DNA of 64,000 nt from a virus. A program made the position numbers and the translations under genes. The notes beneath the pieces are model-generated. The model saw nothing but the letters and a program-made list of their open reading frames with translations, ran no database searches and was not told where the DNA came from. Within the stretch, counting starts at the first letter, position 1. Each line of letters begins with the position of its first letter. This document shows, piece by piece, positions 47,350 to 56,788 of this stretch. The stretch lies in the IMG/VR virus record IMGVR_UViG_3300027859_000006, positions 44,152 through 108,151 of that record; one strand, written 5' to 3'.

Positions 47350-47425
47350 TGGTGCAGAGAGTGGGTAACGATCCCAACCTCTCAGGTGCTTCAAACCTGC
47401 GCTAATCCATCTCAGCTATCTCTGC
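47350..47425 (-). tRNA. tRNA-Phe(GAA)
   Basis: CAGGT-TTGAAGC-ACCTG. Confidence 0.87.
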
Positions 47426-47435
47426 AATAAATAAT

Positions 47436-47498
47436 CAGGCTGCATTATATTGGTTTTTGATTAGCAGTCAAATAATACAATGTTGCTGTTAGCAGCCT
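47436..47498 (-). ncRNA. Stem+ACAGCAA RNA copy C with Ser(GCU) anticodon stem-loop
   Basis: AGGCTGC-TAACAGCAAC...TTTGA-CTGCTAA-TCAAA...GCAGCCT-G. Confidence 0.7.
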
Positions 47499-47505
47499 TT
47501 AAAAG

Positions 47506-47577
47506 TGGTGGAGAATAAGGGTAACGATCCCTTTCAGCCAGGGTGCAAGCCCAGCGTCTAGCCCATCTAGATTCCCC
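47506..47577 (-). tRNA. tRNA-Ala(UGC)
   Basis: G3:U70; loop CTTGCAC. Confidence 0.85.
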
Positions 47578-47583
47578 GAAATT

Positions 47584-47658
47584 TGGTAGGTCTAGGGAAT
47601 TCCGAGATCCCGTCCTCTGCTTTGTAAGAGCAGCGCTCTGCCTCTGAGCTATAGACCT
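47584..47658 (-). tRNA. tRNA-Val(UAC)
   Basis: CTGCT-CTTACAA-AGCAG. Confidence 0.88.
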
Positions 47659-47666
47659 AAATAAAA

Positions 47667-47744
47667 CTGGTTACTATTGTTGACGCTTCTTAAACGTCCG
47701 TTTCTTGATGTTGGTAAGAAAATAGTATTTGCTGTAAGTAACCA
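47667..47744 (-). ncRNA. Stem+ACAGCAA RNA copy D
   Basis: TGGTTACT-TACAGCAAA...AGTAACCA-G. Confidence 0.7.
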
Positions 47745-47749
47745 TTTAG

Positions 47750-47820
47750 AAGCACACTGGTCAAGGAAGCTAATCACCAAAAGGCTTGACTACTTTCCGA
47801 ACATAGCTTGCAGTGTGCTT
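47750..47820 (-). ncRNA. Closed-stem RNA, possible divergent copy E (ACTGCAA)
   Basis: AAGCACACTG...CAGTGTGCTT; inner GTCAAG/CTTGAC. Confidence 0.5.
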
Positions 47821-47825
47821 GTAAA

Positions 47826-47901
47826 TGGTAGTGGTAGCAGGGATCGAACCTGCGGCCTTTCGATTATCAGTCGAACGCTCTGCCAGCTGAGCTATACCAC
47901 T
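47826..47901 (-). tRNA. tRNA-Ile(GAU)
   Basis: Loop CTGATAA. Confidence 0.93.
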
Positions 47902-47906
47902 ATAAT

Positions 47907-47983
47907 TGGTGGGTCGCCCGAGACTCGAACTCGGAACCTTCTAATTAAAAGTTAGATATTCTAACCAATTGAATTAGCGACCC
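47907..47983 (-). tRNA. tRNA-Lys(UUU)
   Basis: TCTAA-CTTTTAA-TTAGA. Confidence 0.9.
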
Positions 47984-47990
47984 ATTAAAT

Positions 47991-48067
47991 TGGTTCAGCT
48001 GACGGGAATCGAACCCGCTTACGCAACACTGCGTCTAGGGTGAAAACCTAGTGTCGACATCGGCTGA
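47991..48067 (-). tRNA. tRNA-Glu(UUC)-like, D-armless with long variable arm
   Basis: CTAGG-TTTTCAC-CCTAG; 9-nt D replacement; CCA. Confidence 0.65.
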
Positions 48068-48077
48068 GTTGTAAATT

Positions 48078-48153
48078 TGGCGGAGCTACAGGGAATCGAA
48101 CCCCGATCTTCGCGCAGACAACGCGTCATAATTAGCCATTATACGATAGCTCC
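48078..48153 (-). tRNA. tRNA-Asp(GUC)
   Basis: Loop TTGTCTG; G73. Confidence 0.87.
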
Positions 48154-48159
48154 TAAATT

Positions 48160-48234
48160 TGGCGGATGAGGGGAATTTCGAAATCCCGACCGTCGGCTTA
48201 ACGGGCCGCTGCTCTGCCTCTGAGCTACACATCC
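48160..48234 (-). tRNA. tRNA-Asn(GUU)
   Basis: Loop CCGTTAA; G73. Confidence 0.87.
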
Positions 48235-48290
48235 TTTATTTTCTAAAACATATTATAACAAACGTTTAGCAAATACATTTTTAACTTATT

Positions 48291-48439
48291 TGGCACAGGT
48301 AGAGGGACTCGAACCCCAAGGCTAGTATTGATAGATAGAGAAATTATCTCTGTCGTTAATCCCATTTAATTCTAAGAAAATACTTTTTTATTAGCTTACC
48401 TTTAGAATCAATATAGTCCACATAAGTAGCTACACCTGT
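48291..48439 (-). ncRNA. tRNA-like RNA with branched ~90-nt domain in place of anticodon arm
   Basis: ACAGGTG/TACCTGT acceptor; GG-TTCGAGT-CC T arm; G-CCA. Confidence 0.65.
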
Positions 48440-48542
48440 ACTACCAGCCTTACATTTGTAATTCTCATTATATTCTTTTATAACCTTATTAGGTTTTCTG
48501 TACGGTAGTGGTTGGTAAACTTTCATAGACTATTTCTCAAGT

Positions 48543-48619
48543 TGGCGCAGGTAGAGGGACTCGAACCCCCAACTCACTGCTTAGAAGGCAGTTGCTCTCT
48601 CCAGTTGAACTATACCCGC
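48543..48619 (-). tRNA. tRNA-Arg(UCU)
   Basis: ACTGC-CTTCTAA-GCAGT. Confidence 0.92.
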
Positions 48620-48674
48620 ATTTCATAATAAGAATATATTATATGACTTTTTTAGTAATTTATCAAGTCATTTT

Positions 48675-48863
48675 TTAATTTTTACAACCGTAAACATATT
48701 TTAACTGGTTATGGGACTTTTCCTTTTCTGAGAAAAAGCCCTCAATGTAGAGCTTTTCACAAAGCTCACGTAATTCTAAATGCGTTATGCTAGACTCGTG
48801 GACGAATACGCAGCCTTGCCTACTTGCTAAAGACTTGATTTTTGTCTCACTAGGCTTACGCAA
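48675..48863 (-). CDS. Hypothetical protein
   Basis: Operon-packed. Confidence 0.55.
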   Translation of the reverse strand: MRKPSETKIKSLASRQGCVFVHESSITHLELRELCEKLYIEGFFSEKEKSHNQLKYVYGCKN

Positions 48864-49203
48864 TGAATGCTAGCCCTTTTAATTCTAGGAACAGATTACG
48901 TACCGCGTTAGCTTGAGGCAGATTTACCACCTTTTCCGACATATTAGTTTCAATGTGTTCATAGTTGAGCGCGGACTTTAGCGTAACTACTTCACCAGGG
49001 CTGTAGTCTAGTACTAATTTCATACTATACGCATGTCTAGGTACTAATACATCTTCAACAGCGTCTGCTACATCGAACATATCACGCAAAGTAATATCGT
49101 TTGATGATAGGTACTCTAGAGCTTTAGCTTCTAAAGCTCTATTACGAGCAGCTTGACCTGAAGCTGACCCAATAATCATAGCTTTCTGAAAACTTTTTAA
49201 CAT
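48856..49203 (-). CDS. Hypothetical protein
   Basis: After promoter cassette. Confidence 0.65.
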   Translation of the reverse strand: MLKSFQKAMIIGSASGQAARNRALEAKALEYLSSNDITLRDMFDVADAVEDVLVPRHAYSMKLVLDYSPGEVVTLKSALNYEHIETNMSEKVVNLPQANAVRNLFLELKGLAFIA

Positions 49204-49265
49204 TTTATTGTTTTCCTCATTTCTTAATATGTGTATATTATACGTTGAAATAAGCTGTTTGGCAA

Positions 49266-50045
49266 TTACTTTTTAAATTTATTTAATACCTCAGTTAACT
49301 CTTTGACTGTTAACTTACCCCAGTCTATAGACTTATGCAAATGCTGTGTGCATGTGTCTATGTATGGTTTCTTCAAGCGGCCTGTAGGAATAGAATATTC
49401 TCCTATTTTTATGTCCGAGGCTTTTTCTAAATCGGTAACAGTTAGCTTCTCCATTGCTGGGCAGCCTAGATTTTCTGCTATTTCTTTTTTGGTTAGCCTT
49501 TTAGGCTTCTTTTCTTTAGAATGACCAGGGCATGTACCTATAGTTTCTAGTTGTTGCTGATAGAATCTGTCGCCCATAAAGAATGGCCTCTCTCGGTTAG
49601 TCCATACAAGATCAAAGCTCTGTGCCTTATCTCGCATGTAAAATAATCTGTATTTGTCTACTAAGTTTAACTGTGGGTAATAATCCTTCAGAGTTGTGCA
49701 ATTAGGTAAGGGGGTTCTAATTACTAACTCTGAAGGATCTAGGATTCGGGGTAGTTCTTCTAAAATAAACGTAGTGCTCTTATGGATTCGTCCATATCGG
49801 AAAGAGTATTCTCTACCTACTGCTATTGCAAGGTCGTACAATAGTGTATAATTTCCGCCTGTTTTACAAGCCCACCGAGTGCATGGGTGGTTTATATGAG
49901 TTGGTTTGTAGGAGGTTTGAATGTTTCTTTCTCCGGCTGCCACAGACAAAATTTGAGCGTACTCTAAGGGCATCTTTACAACGTGTTTGTCGCAATGATA
50001 CTGAGCGCACTTTGTTAAATCTGTATCTAACCAGAATATGTTCAT
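49266..50045 (-). CDS. Pyrimidine-dimer DNA glycosylase/EndoV-like protein with C-terminal extra domain
   Basis: MNIF.LD....CA..HCDKHVVKM.LE.AQ.LS; YK.TH.NHPC..W; EY..RYGR.H. Confidence 0.75.
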   Translation of the reverse strand: MNIFWLDTDLTKCAQYHCDKHVVKMPLEYAQILSVAAGERNIQTSYKPTHINHPCTRWACKTGGNYTLLYDLAIAVGREYSFRYGRIHKSTTFILEELPRILDPSELVIRTPLPNCTTLKDYYPQLNLVDKYRLFYMRDKAQSFDLVWTNRERPFFMGDRFYQQQLETIGTCPGHSKEKKPKRLTKKEIAENLGCPAMEKLTVTDLEKASDIKIGEYSIPTGRLKKPYIDTCTQHLHKSIDWGKLTVKELTEVLNKFKK

Positions 50046-50075
50046 TATACCAAACCTCTTACAAATGTAGTAAAA

Positions 50076-50264
50076 TTAGACTGCGCGAGCCAAGAATCCA
50101 CGGATTTTTGCATACCCAGACAATACCTTACGCTTATGCGCAGGGTTATCAAGCACTTTATGTCGCCAGTTAATTAACTGACCGTAAAGGTTTTGTGCTT
50201 CCACGGCGCGTTGGTGGTTAGCCTGTAGCTGTTCTGTTAGAGCGCGAGTTAGTTCGTTATGCAT
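50076..50264 (-). CDS. Hypothetical protein
   Basis: Coupled. Confidence 0.55.
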   Translation of the reverse strand: MHNELTRALTEQLQANHQRAVEAQNLYGQLINWRHKVLDNPAHKRKVLSGYAKIRGFLARAV

Positions 50265-50536
50265 TATTTTGCCTCCTTAGCAAATACTGGAGTGAATGAC
50301 GGCATTAGGGTTTTTCGTCCTGCTCCGTCATATACATAAAACTTTTGCGCTGGGTGGCCGTTTTTACCGGCTGGTTTGCGCGGCGTACCTTGAGCAGGTG
50401 CTTTAAATGTTTGCTCGTCATTAGGGTGCGCTTTTAGGTGACGTGCGATTTTACGTGCACGGTTTTTCTGCATACGACCTTCTGTTGCGTATGCTGCGTA
50501 TGAACCTTTACCTTTGCGTGATTTTTGTTTAGCCAT
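50264..50536 (-). CDS. Basic small protein
   Basis: RHLK.HPND.Q; after promoter. Confidence 0.7.
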   Translation of the reverse strand: MAKQKSRKGKGSYAAYATEGRMQKNRARKIARHLKAHPNDEQTFKAPAQGTPRKPAGKNGHPAQKFYVYDGAGRKTLMPSFTPVFAKEAK

Positions 50537-50606
50537 CTTTTTTGTTTCCTTTTGTTAATTTATGCGTATATTATACGTGGAAATAAGTTGTTGAGCAAGA
50601 GATTTT

Positions 50607-50870
50607 TTATCGCGTTTTGTTAAGTGTCCAATAATCGACCGTGTAAGAAATCCCACCGTTCTCACTGAATTGCTGAGAAACGCTGTTATCATTATACATT
50701 ACACCTACTCGGCATGTATTGCCATCTAGATGGCGTACAGTGCCGTGCTTTTGAGTTGCTGAGTTAAATACCTTATCCCCTTCTTGGATTTCGCATTTAA
50801 GTCCAGTGCTCTGATAAAACGCAAAGCATAAAGCTGTTGTTAGGGCAATGCCCCAACCTACTGTTTTCAT
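50607..50870 (-). CDS. Secreted/membrane hypothetical protein
   Basis: Signal-like N-terminus; AAGGA RBS. Confidence 0.6.
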   Translation of the reverse strand: MKTVGWGIALTTALCFAFYQSTGLKCEIQEGDKVFNSATQKHGTVRHLDGNTCRVGVMYNDNSVSQQFSENGGISYTVDYWTLNKTR

Positions 50871-51024
50871 TTATTTAGTTTCCTTAATAAAATGCCAGCA
50901 TGCTCCAGAAGCAGGATTGTCGTGCTGGTGTTTAGTTTTACCGCATCTAGCACACGGTTCGTTTTCGCTTACTACAAAAGCGATTAAAAATAATACTATT
51001 GCTAAAAACGCAAAAAGTGCCATG

Positions 51025-51792
51025 TTATACCTCTACAAAGTTAGAAGGGCTATATCCCTCTGTCTCGTAATTAAACTTATCAGTTACATAACCTCTAGGG
51101 TTAGAGTACAATAGTGTGTCGCCTACACTTTCTTTAACATACTTGTGCGTATGTCCAAATATCCACATAAGCGGCTTTTTATCTAAAATAAACTGAGTTA
51201 AGTCTGTGTAATAAGCGTGACTTAAATCATCGTTTTTGTATCTTGTGCTATCTACCCCCATTTTGTGAGGAGAGTGGTGAGTTACTACTACTGTAGGCTT
51301 AGAGTAATCTATAGACTCTAAGAAAAGCATAGCTGAGTAATGCATGTTCGTCCAGTCTAGGATATCTAGTTTGCGATACTTAGCACCTGCTCTTATCTGA
51401 TAGAAATCGTTCATGCTGAACTTAGCTGTTACTCTAACTACGGGGTCTCCGTTATTTAGGCTAGTCCACAGAGTAGTACCAACAAACTGTATCCCATCTA
51501 ACTCTACTACGTCTTCGTCTAGTAGGAATACGTTGTTTAACTCTAACTCTTTGATCTTATTTCTGATCTTATTCGGAAGAGTGTCTATGTTGTGCCTGTA
51601 GTATTCATGGTTTCCTAGTACATATATTACGTACTTAAACATAGAAGCCCACTTAGGTATGTACTCTTTTCTAAAAGCTTTAGTACCTACGAAAATATCG
51701 CCTGCTAATACTAGCACGGCGTCCTTGTCACCCTCTATATTATCAGGGTAGCTGAACTCACAGTGAAGATCGCTTAGTGCTACAATTTTCAT
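51025..51792 (-). CDS. Calcineurin-like metallophosphoesterase
   Basis: SDLH.E, AGD, GNHE, THHSP, GHTH, NPRGY. Confidence 0.9.
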   Translation of the reverse strand: MKIVALSDLHCEFSYPDNIEGDKDAVLVLAGDIFVGTKAFRKEYIPKWASMFKYVIYVLGNHEYYRHNIDTLPNKIRNKIKELELNNVFLLDEDVVELDGIQFVGTTLWTSLNNGDPVVRVTAKFSMNDFYQIRAGAKYRKLDILDWTNMHYSAMLFLESIDYSKPTVVVTHHSPHKMGVDSTRYKNDDLSHAYYTDLTQFILDKKPLMWIFGHTHKYVKESVGDTLLYSNPRGYVTDKFNYETEGYSPSNFVEV

Positions 51793-51861
51793 AATTGTTT
51801 CCTCATTTATTTAATACAAGTATTATACGTTGAAATTAGCAAATTAGCAAATGATTTATAA

Positions 51862-51886
51862 TAAAAAAGAGAGCCGAAGCTCTCTT
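51862..51886 (-). terminator. Rho-independent terminator (UUCG)
   Basis: AGAGAGC-TTCG-GCTCTCT-TTTT. Confidence 0.85.
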
Positions 51887-54646
51887 TTATGTAGATACTG
51901 TCAAAGTAACAAGTACCCTATCCGACCTAGAAGGTGTTTCGTAGTCGAATCTTATAACATGTTTCCCTACAATTTCTGAAGTTAAGTAAACCTGTATTAT
52001 GTTTTCCTGTCTAGAGTGATATATTATATCAACCTCATCAGGATTAACTATAGTATAGCTTACTATATTTTCAGGGGAGATCCAAGCAGGATCTATAGTT
52101 AGTGTGAAACTATCTACTTCTCCTTGCCTTATTTTACCTCTCCATGTTCCGTCTCCAGACACCGTGGAGTAGTCTCTTGTAGCGTTTATAAAGAAAGGTC
52201 TTTGAGCGGCTACTTGTAGTTTAACTATCTTGCTACTAGTAAGGCCTGCTGAGTCTGTAACTACAAGCTCAAAAGCCATAGTTTCAGCTTCCTGTATATC
52301 CGGTATTACTACTTTAGCTACAGCTTTACTAGCGTCTTGGATAATCACAGGCGTACCAAGTAACTGGCTCCAAGAGTAGCTGACTATACTAACCGATCCT
52401 TGTTCCGAATTAGAACCATCTAATGTAACTTCATCATTACTTGAAACTATCTTATTAAGTCCAGCGTCTGCTACAGGAGGAATACCTGGAGGTAGTACTA
52501 CGCCTTCAACAAACACAGATACTGTAGATACTTCGGAATTAAGACCTAAATTATCTGTTACAACTAGTGTGAACTCAAGATTTTGTGGGGTAGTTGGGGC
52601 ATCAAATGTAGGTGTTGCCGTTGCGTCACCTGTTAGTGTAACCACATCACCTACCGACTGTGACCACGCATAGCTAGCAATCGTTCCGTCGCCATCAGTT
52701 GATCCAGTACCGTCTAGTGTTACCGTTGCACCTGCTTCCACTGTTTGATCTGCCCCAGCGTTTGCTGTTGGCGGCTGATTCACTAAAACCTCCTCATTTA
52801 TTGTAAATTCTACCTCATCACTGGTGCTGCCATCGGCATTTGTCGCTGTAAGGCGTAAAATATAAGTGCCAGGCTCATTAAAAAGTACACTTGGATTAAG
52901 TGCTGATACATTTGAAAATGTTGGGTTTTGACCACTTGTACAAGACCAAAGCAGCGAGTCAAAGTTACTAGCTGTTGCCGTAGATAGTGCCACAGTGTCA
53001 CCAACATTAGCCGTTGAGTTTTGGCCTGCATCAACAATGGGTAATGTTGGTTGCGGCACGCTCCACTGATTGAATGTACCCCATTCGTTGAAACTCATGT
53101 TTGAATCCTCTTTTCTTGTTGTCGCAGATACATCAAACGCGTTAAATAACGGGTAGTAGCTAGATGCACTAAATTGATACTCGTTTTTGTATGATAGATA
53201 AAGCTCTCCTGTTGAATCCTTAAAGTCTCCGCATTGTGGAACTGCATGAATTTTATCTCCTGTCGTAAATGGTAGGGGCTGCTTGAACAATTGCTGTTTA
53301 TAAGGCTGAACCTGATATCCTAACAACTCACCATCTTTCACTTTCTGTAAGTCAAGTGTATCAAATAATAAAACGGAAAGGTATTTGTCATCACGTATCG
53401 CAGCGCTACCACCTCCGCTAGGTGGTGTTAATGTGTAGTCGCCCAAATCTTCATCATAAATCCAAGACTGCGCTTTGTAGATTAAGCCTTTTTGTACCGG
53501 TTGCACTTGCCCGTTTTCGTCTAACTCCGGCACAGGTTTGCCGTTTTCGTCTAGCACAGCCGTAGTTATTCCGCCATTATATTCTTTCTGGTATTCGTAA
53601 GGCTGAGTAGGTGCATTTTTATAGTATGGCTCTCTAGTTGTACCAAGAGTGTTAGTGAGCACGGCTAAAGTGCGTGTGCCCGGCACAATAAACTGCGTAA
53701 TGACTCGTGATTGGTCATTCCACCATTCATTTTTAGCTACACCGCCAGACAGCAACTCAATAGCCGTATTTGTGCCCAGTACGTCAGTAAGAAACGAATC
53801 TGTGATGTTTATGTGGGCTATTTCTTCTGGTGTAAACACGCTTCTATTATAAAGAGCTTGTGGCGTACCGTCTGGGCCGTTTGACTCATCTGGGTAGTAC
53901 ATTACAGGTTCAGACCCGAACGACACTAGGTCATCAGGATCTGACGTTGTCACAAGTTCGCTTGTCGAAAATGCTAATAAGCTTGGCCCTGCACTCCAGT
54001 TCGTTGTTATCGACGACTGATTAGAGCCTGAAAATATTTCACCACCGAAGAACGATTGCCAATCACTAGGTACATTTGACATATTCCCAAGCATCTTACC
54101 GATATCGCGCATTGAGAAATCATCTTCAACCGTGAGTGTCGGGTCTTGCGCGGTCTCGGCTGCGTTGAGATTACTTGAGTCAAATACAAAAGTAGTTTGC
54201 GGCCTTAATCCATTAGCTGCGTAGTAAATATTGTTATTAACAATCAGCTTGCCACTTTTTTCATGCAAACCTAAGATTATGAAAAAACCATTAGTTATGT
54301 CGGGGTCTGCATATTCGAAGGTTCTTATAACGGGGTTTTGACCTACACCCTCTGACTCACCAAGCATATCAAGACCTATATCAGTACGATCTAGGGTTGT
54401 TGGTATACTGTCAAAGTCCTCTGGTACTATAAAAGACTCAGGTAAGTCGTACTTAGCTGCTCTAAACAACTTGTACGGCTCACCTTGATCTGAGTTTTGT
54501 GCGTACCTGACAGTATAAATACTATTACCGTCCTCTGATAGTGTAAAGTCCCCCTTTCCTTGGCGCATATCGCTATCTACTATAGTAAACGAGCCTTTGT
54601 GAGTAAGGGTAATAGACTCCGCTAAAGGTATAGATGTACTAGGCAT
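51887..54646 (-). CDS. Large protein with three PKD/Ig-like repeats (virion appendage candidate)
   Basis: P.A.AG....V.LDG..S...I.SY.WSQ...F.L.VTD repeats. Confidence 0.75.
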   Translation of the reverse strand: MPSTSIPLAESITLTHKGSFTIVDSDMRQGKGDFTLSEDGNSIYTVRYAQNSDQGEPYKLFRAAKYDLPESFIVPEDFDSIPTTLDRTDIGLDMLGESEGVGQNPVIRTFEYADPDITNGFFIILGLHEKSGKLIVNNNIYYAANGLRPQTTFVFDSSNLNAAETAQDPTLTVEDDFSMRDIGKMLGNMSNVPSDWQSFFGGEIFSGSNQSSITTNWSAGPSLLAFSTSELVTTSDPDDLVSFGSEPVMYYPDESNGPDGTPQALYNRSVFTPEEIAHINITDSFLTDVLGTNTAIELLSGGVAKNEWWNDQSRVITQFIVPGTRTLAVLTNTLGTTREPYYKNAPTQPYEYQKEYNGGITTAVLDENGKPVPELDENGQVQPVQKGLIYKAQSWIYDEDLGDYTLTPPSGGGSAAIRDDKYLSVLLFDTLDLQKVKDGELLGYQVQPYKQQLFKQPLPFTTGDKIHAVPQCGDFKDSTGELYLSYKNEYQFSASSYYPLFNAFDVSATTRKEDSNMSFNEWGTFNQWSVPQPTLPIVDAGQNSTANVGDTVALSTATASNFDSLLWSCTSGQNPTFSNVSALNPSVLFNEPGTYILRLTATNADGSTSDEVEFTINEEVLVNQPPTANAGADQTVEAGATVTLDGTGSTDGDGTIASYAWSQSVGDVVTLTGDATATPTFDAPTTPQNLEFTLVVTDNLGLNSEVSTVSVFVEGVVLPPGIPPVADAGLNKIVSSNDEVTLDGSNSEQGSVSIVSYSWSQLLGTPVIIQDASKAVAKVVIPDIQEAETMAFELVVTDSAGLTSSKIVKLQVAAQRPFFINATRDYSTVSGDGTWRGKIRQGEVDSFTLTIDPAWISPENIVSYTIVNPDEVDIIYHSRQENIIQVYLTSEIVGKHVIRFDYETPSRSDRVLVTLTVST

Positions 54647-56739
54647 TAGGTTGTTACTCCCTTAATACCACAGCCCTCACTTAACACTGTATTGCCACTA
54701 TCAACATAACCGCGAAGGAATGTGCCAGACGCAACTGTTAGACCTGTTATGGTTGCAGAGCCACCGGAGTAGGTAACATTGCCACTGAACACTTCATTGT
54801 CGTCAACGTCCATCAGATAGGTTTTATACGTCCCATCAGGTGCACCAATGTCGAAAGTAATATCAACCAGTACAGGGGGTACACCTTCGATAACAGTAGT
54901 TTCAAGTGTTATAGGTTCAACCATAACAGCCTGCGAGTTATGAAGCTCATCGCCAGTAGGGAATGTAGTTTCATCTAGGTCTTGCCCTTGGTGGCTTCGT
55001 AGCTTAAGGGTACCAGCAGGGATTGACGCAAATGTTAATACAATCTTGTCAGGTGCAACGTATGAAACACTTGTAGGATTTGATACGGTTGAGAAATCAT
55101 CATTGGTTAGCTCGTAAAGGCTTGTGGCCAATGAAGGTACTGTTAGACCCGTGCTACCATTCAAGTTATGAGGGATAGTCACGTTATTTCCGTTATAAGT
55201 TGCTGATGTTGGTATAGGTCCGCGTCCACTATTGCCAGAACCATTAAACACTGCTAGGAATGAATCTGAGAATCTAAGTACTTCAGTCACATACCCTTGA
55301 CTTGTACGGTGTAAGCTATCAGACATTGGCAAGTCCATAGACTGATGTGAAATGTACACATCTGCGGTAGAGTTAGCATAATTAGTTTGAGCGTTACGAA
55401 TACCTTGCCACCCTGAGTCGCTACCTGTACCACCATCGTTTCGGCCAAGTTGGACAATAAACAATGCTAGCGTGTCTGACGTTTGGCCTGTGCGTGACAG
55501 GATATCGGAGCGTAACTCACCAAGGCGCGTTTCATAAGTTGCTTGCGTACTATTTATATTTGATTCGCCTTGTCCCCACCATAACGCGTTAATTTTTCCA
55601 CCTGCGGCCGTTAGTGCCGCTTGGCGGCTTGCGTAGTTATCTCCCCCTGGTAAATGCTGTTCGATAGTGGTTGCACCCACTGCCGTTTCATATGCAGCCA
55701 CAACGCATCCTAAAGATTGAGATATCGCGTTAAGTCCTGCGTAAATGCACCCTCTATCTGTGGGTTGCTGGTAGTCTGAACCGTTGAATTTAACAACATT
55801 ATCAAGCGGCACAGCAGCGAGTGTATTGTTCCATAGCATGTCGGTATTGCTCTGCCCTGCGAACTCTATAACCAAGCCAAAACCAATACGAGGTGATGAT
55901 GTTTGTATGTTTGTGGCGTTAGCATATCGAACAAGTATTTTGTAGTAAGGGCCGCGGGGTATGTCAACCGCGCTAGAGAATGTGCCACCTGTTGGAGCTG
56001 CATCCAATGTAGTCCAATCAGTAACAACCGTGCCGCTTACAAACTCTTCTACTCGATATTCGATAGCTGTTGGTGTAGTCACTCCCTCATAAGTACCGCT
56101 TATTGTGTAGTTGTAGGTAGGGCCAAACGTCGCATAAACCTTTCTTGATGGCTCGTTAGCAAGCATTATTAAATCACTAGCTGTTGTTCCTAGGTCTAGA
56201 TCATCGATATATGGGTTAGCTGTTAAACCGTACATACCTGCATTGGTGCTTGTGTTGCTTGAGATTGCTGAAATATCAACAGGTGTTCCAGCACTAACTC
56301 CGTTAATTAAAAGCTCGACTGTATTATTGTCTCCGTCTACTTCCAGACGCACAATATCATCAACTGCAACTGGTGTGTTAGTGTAAGTTTTTAGTATCTG
56401 CGTACCGCCACCATTGCGAAATATGATGCTTGTTGTGGTAGCAGATGAAAGTCGAATAGAAATCCAGTTCAGTCTTGCGTCAACTCGTACAGCAGGGCCG
56501 CCATCACGATCAATGTCTGTAAATGCGTACTTCATTCTAGCTTCGGAATAGTGAGAAGTTGAGCTAGCGTTATAGCTCATTACCGTTCCGTCTGTTGTAT
56601 CCATCACTAAAGCCTGATTTTCGACACGCGCTGCATTTATGTTGGCAGGAAAAGAACCGTAAACTGTCCAGCCTGCTATATCTTTGAGTAGCGTATTCTC
56701 TGCGTACTCTGAAAAGTCTGTTTGAAATACTGAAGCCAT
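54646..56739 (-). CDS. SGNH (sialate O-acetylesterase-like) protein with N-terminal lectin-like domain
   Basis: AGQSN, W.QGESN, D.LH. Confidence 0.78.
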   Translation of the reverse strand: MASVFQTDFSEYAENTLLKDIAGWTVYGSFPANINAARVENQALVMDTTDGTVMSYNASSTSHYSEARMKYAFTDIDRDGGPAVRVDARLNWISIRLSSATTTSIIFRNGGGTQILKTYTNTPVAVDDIVRLEVDGDNNTVELLINGVSAGTPVDISAISSNTSTNAGMYGLTANPYIDDLDLGTTASDLIMLANEPSRKVYATFGPTYNYTISGTYEGVTTPTAIEYRVEEFVSGTVVTDWTTLDAAPTGGTFSSAVDIPRGPYYKILVRYANATNIQTSSPRIGFGLVIEFAGQSNTDMLWNNTLAAVPLDNVVKFNGSDYQQPTDRGCIYAGLNAISQSLGCVVAAYETAVGATTIEQHLPGGDNYASRQAALTAAGGKINALWWGQGESNINSTQATYETRLGELRSDILSRTGQTSDTLALFIVQLGRNDGGTGSDSGWQGIRNAQTNYANSTADVYISHQSMDLPMSDSLHRTSQGYVTEVLRFSDSFLAVFNGSGNSGRGPIPTSATYNGNNVTIPHNLNGSTGLTVPSLATSLYELTNDDFSTVSNPTSVSYVAPDKIVLTFASIPAGTLKLRSHQGQDLDETTFPTGDELHNSQAVMVEPITLETTVIEGVPPVLVDITFDIGAPDGTYKTYLMDVDDNEVFSGNVTYSGGSATITGLTVASGTFLRGYVDSGNTVLSEGCGIKGVTT

Positions 56740-56788
56740 TATATGTCCTTACTATTTTTTAACGAAAGTACGTTCTGTAATTTATGTT

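Noticed and set aside
46407-47820. ACAGCAA elements as terminators or CRISPR repeats
   Set aside because: The stems enclose 40-110 nt of cargo, vary in sequence, and sit between co-transcribed tRNAs.
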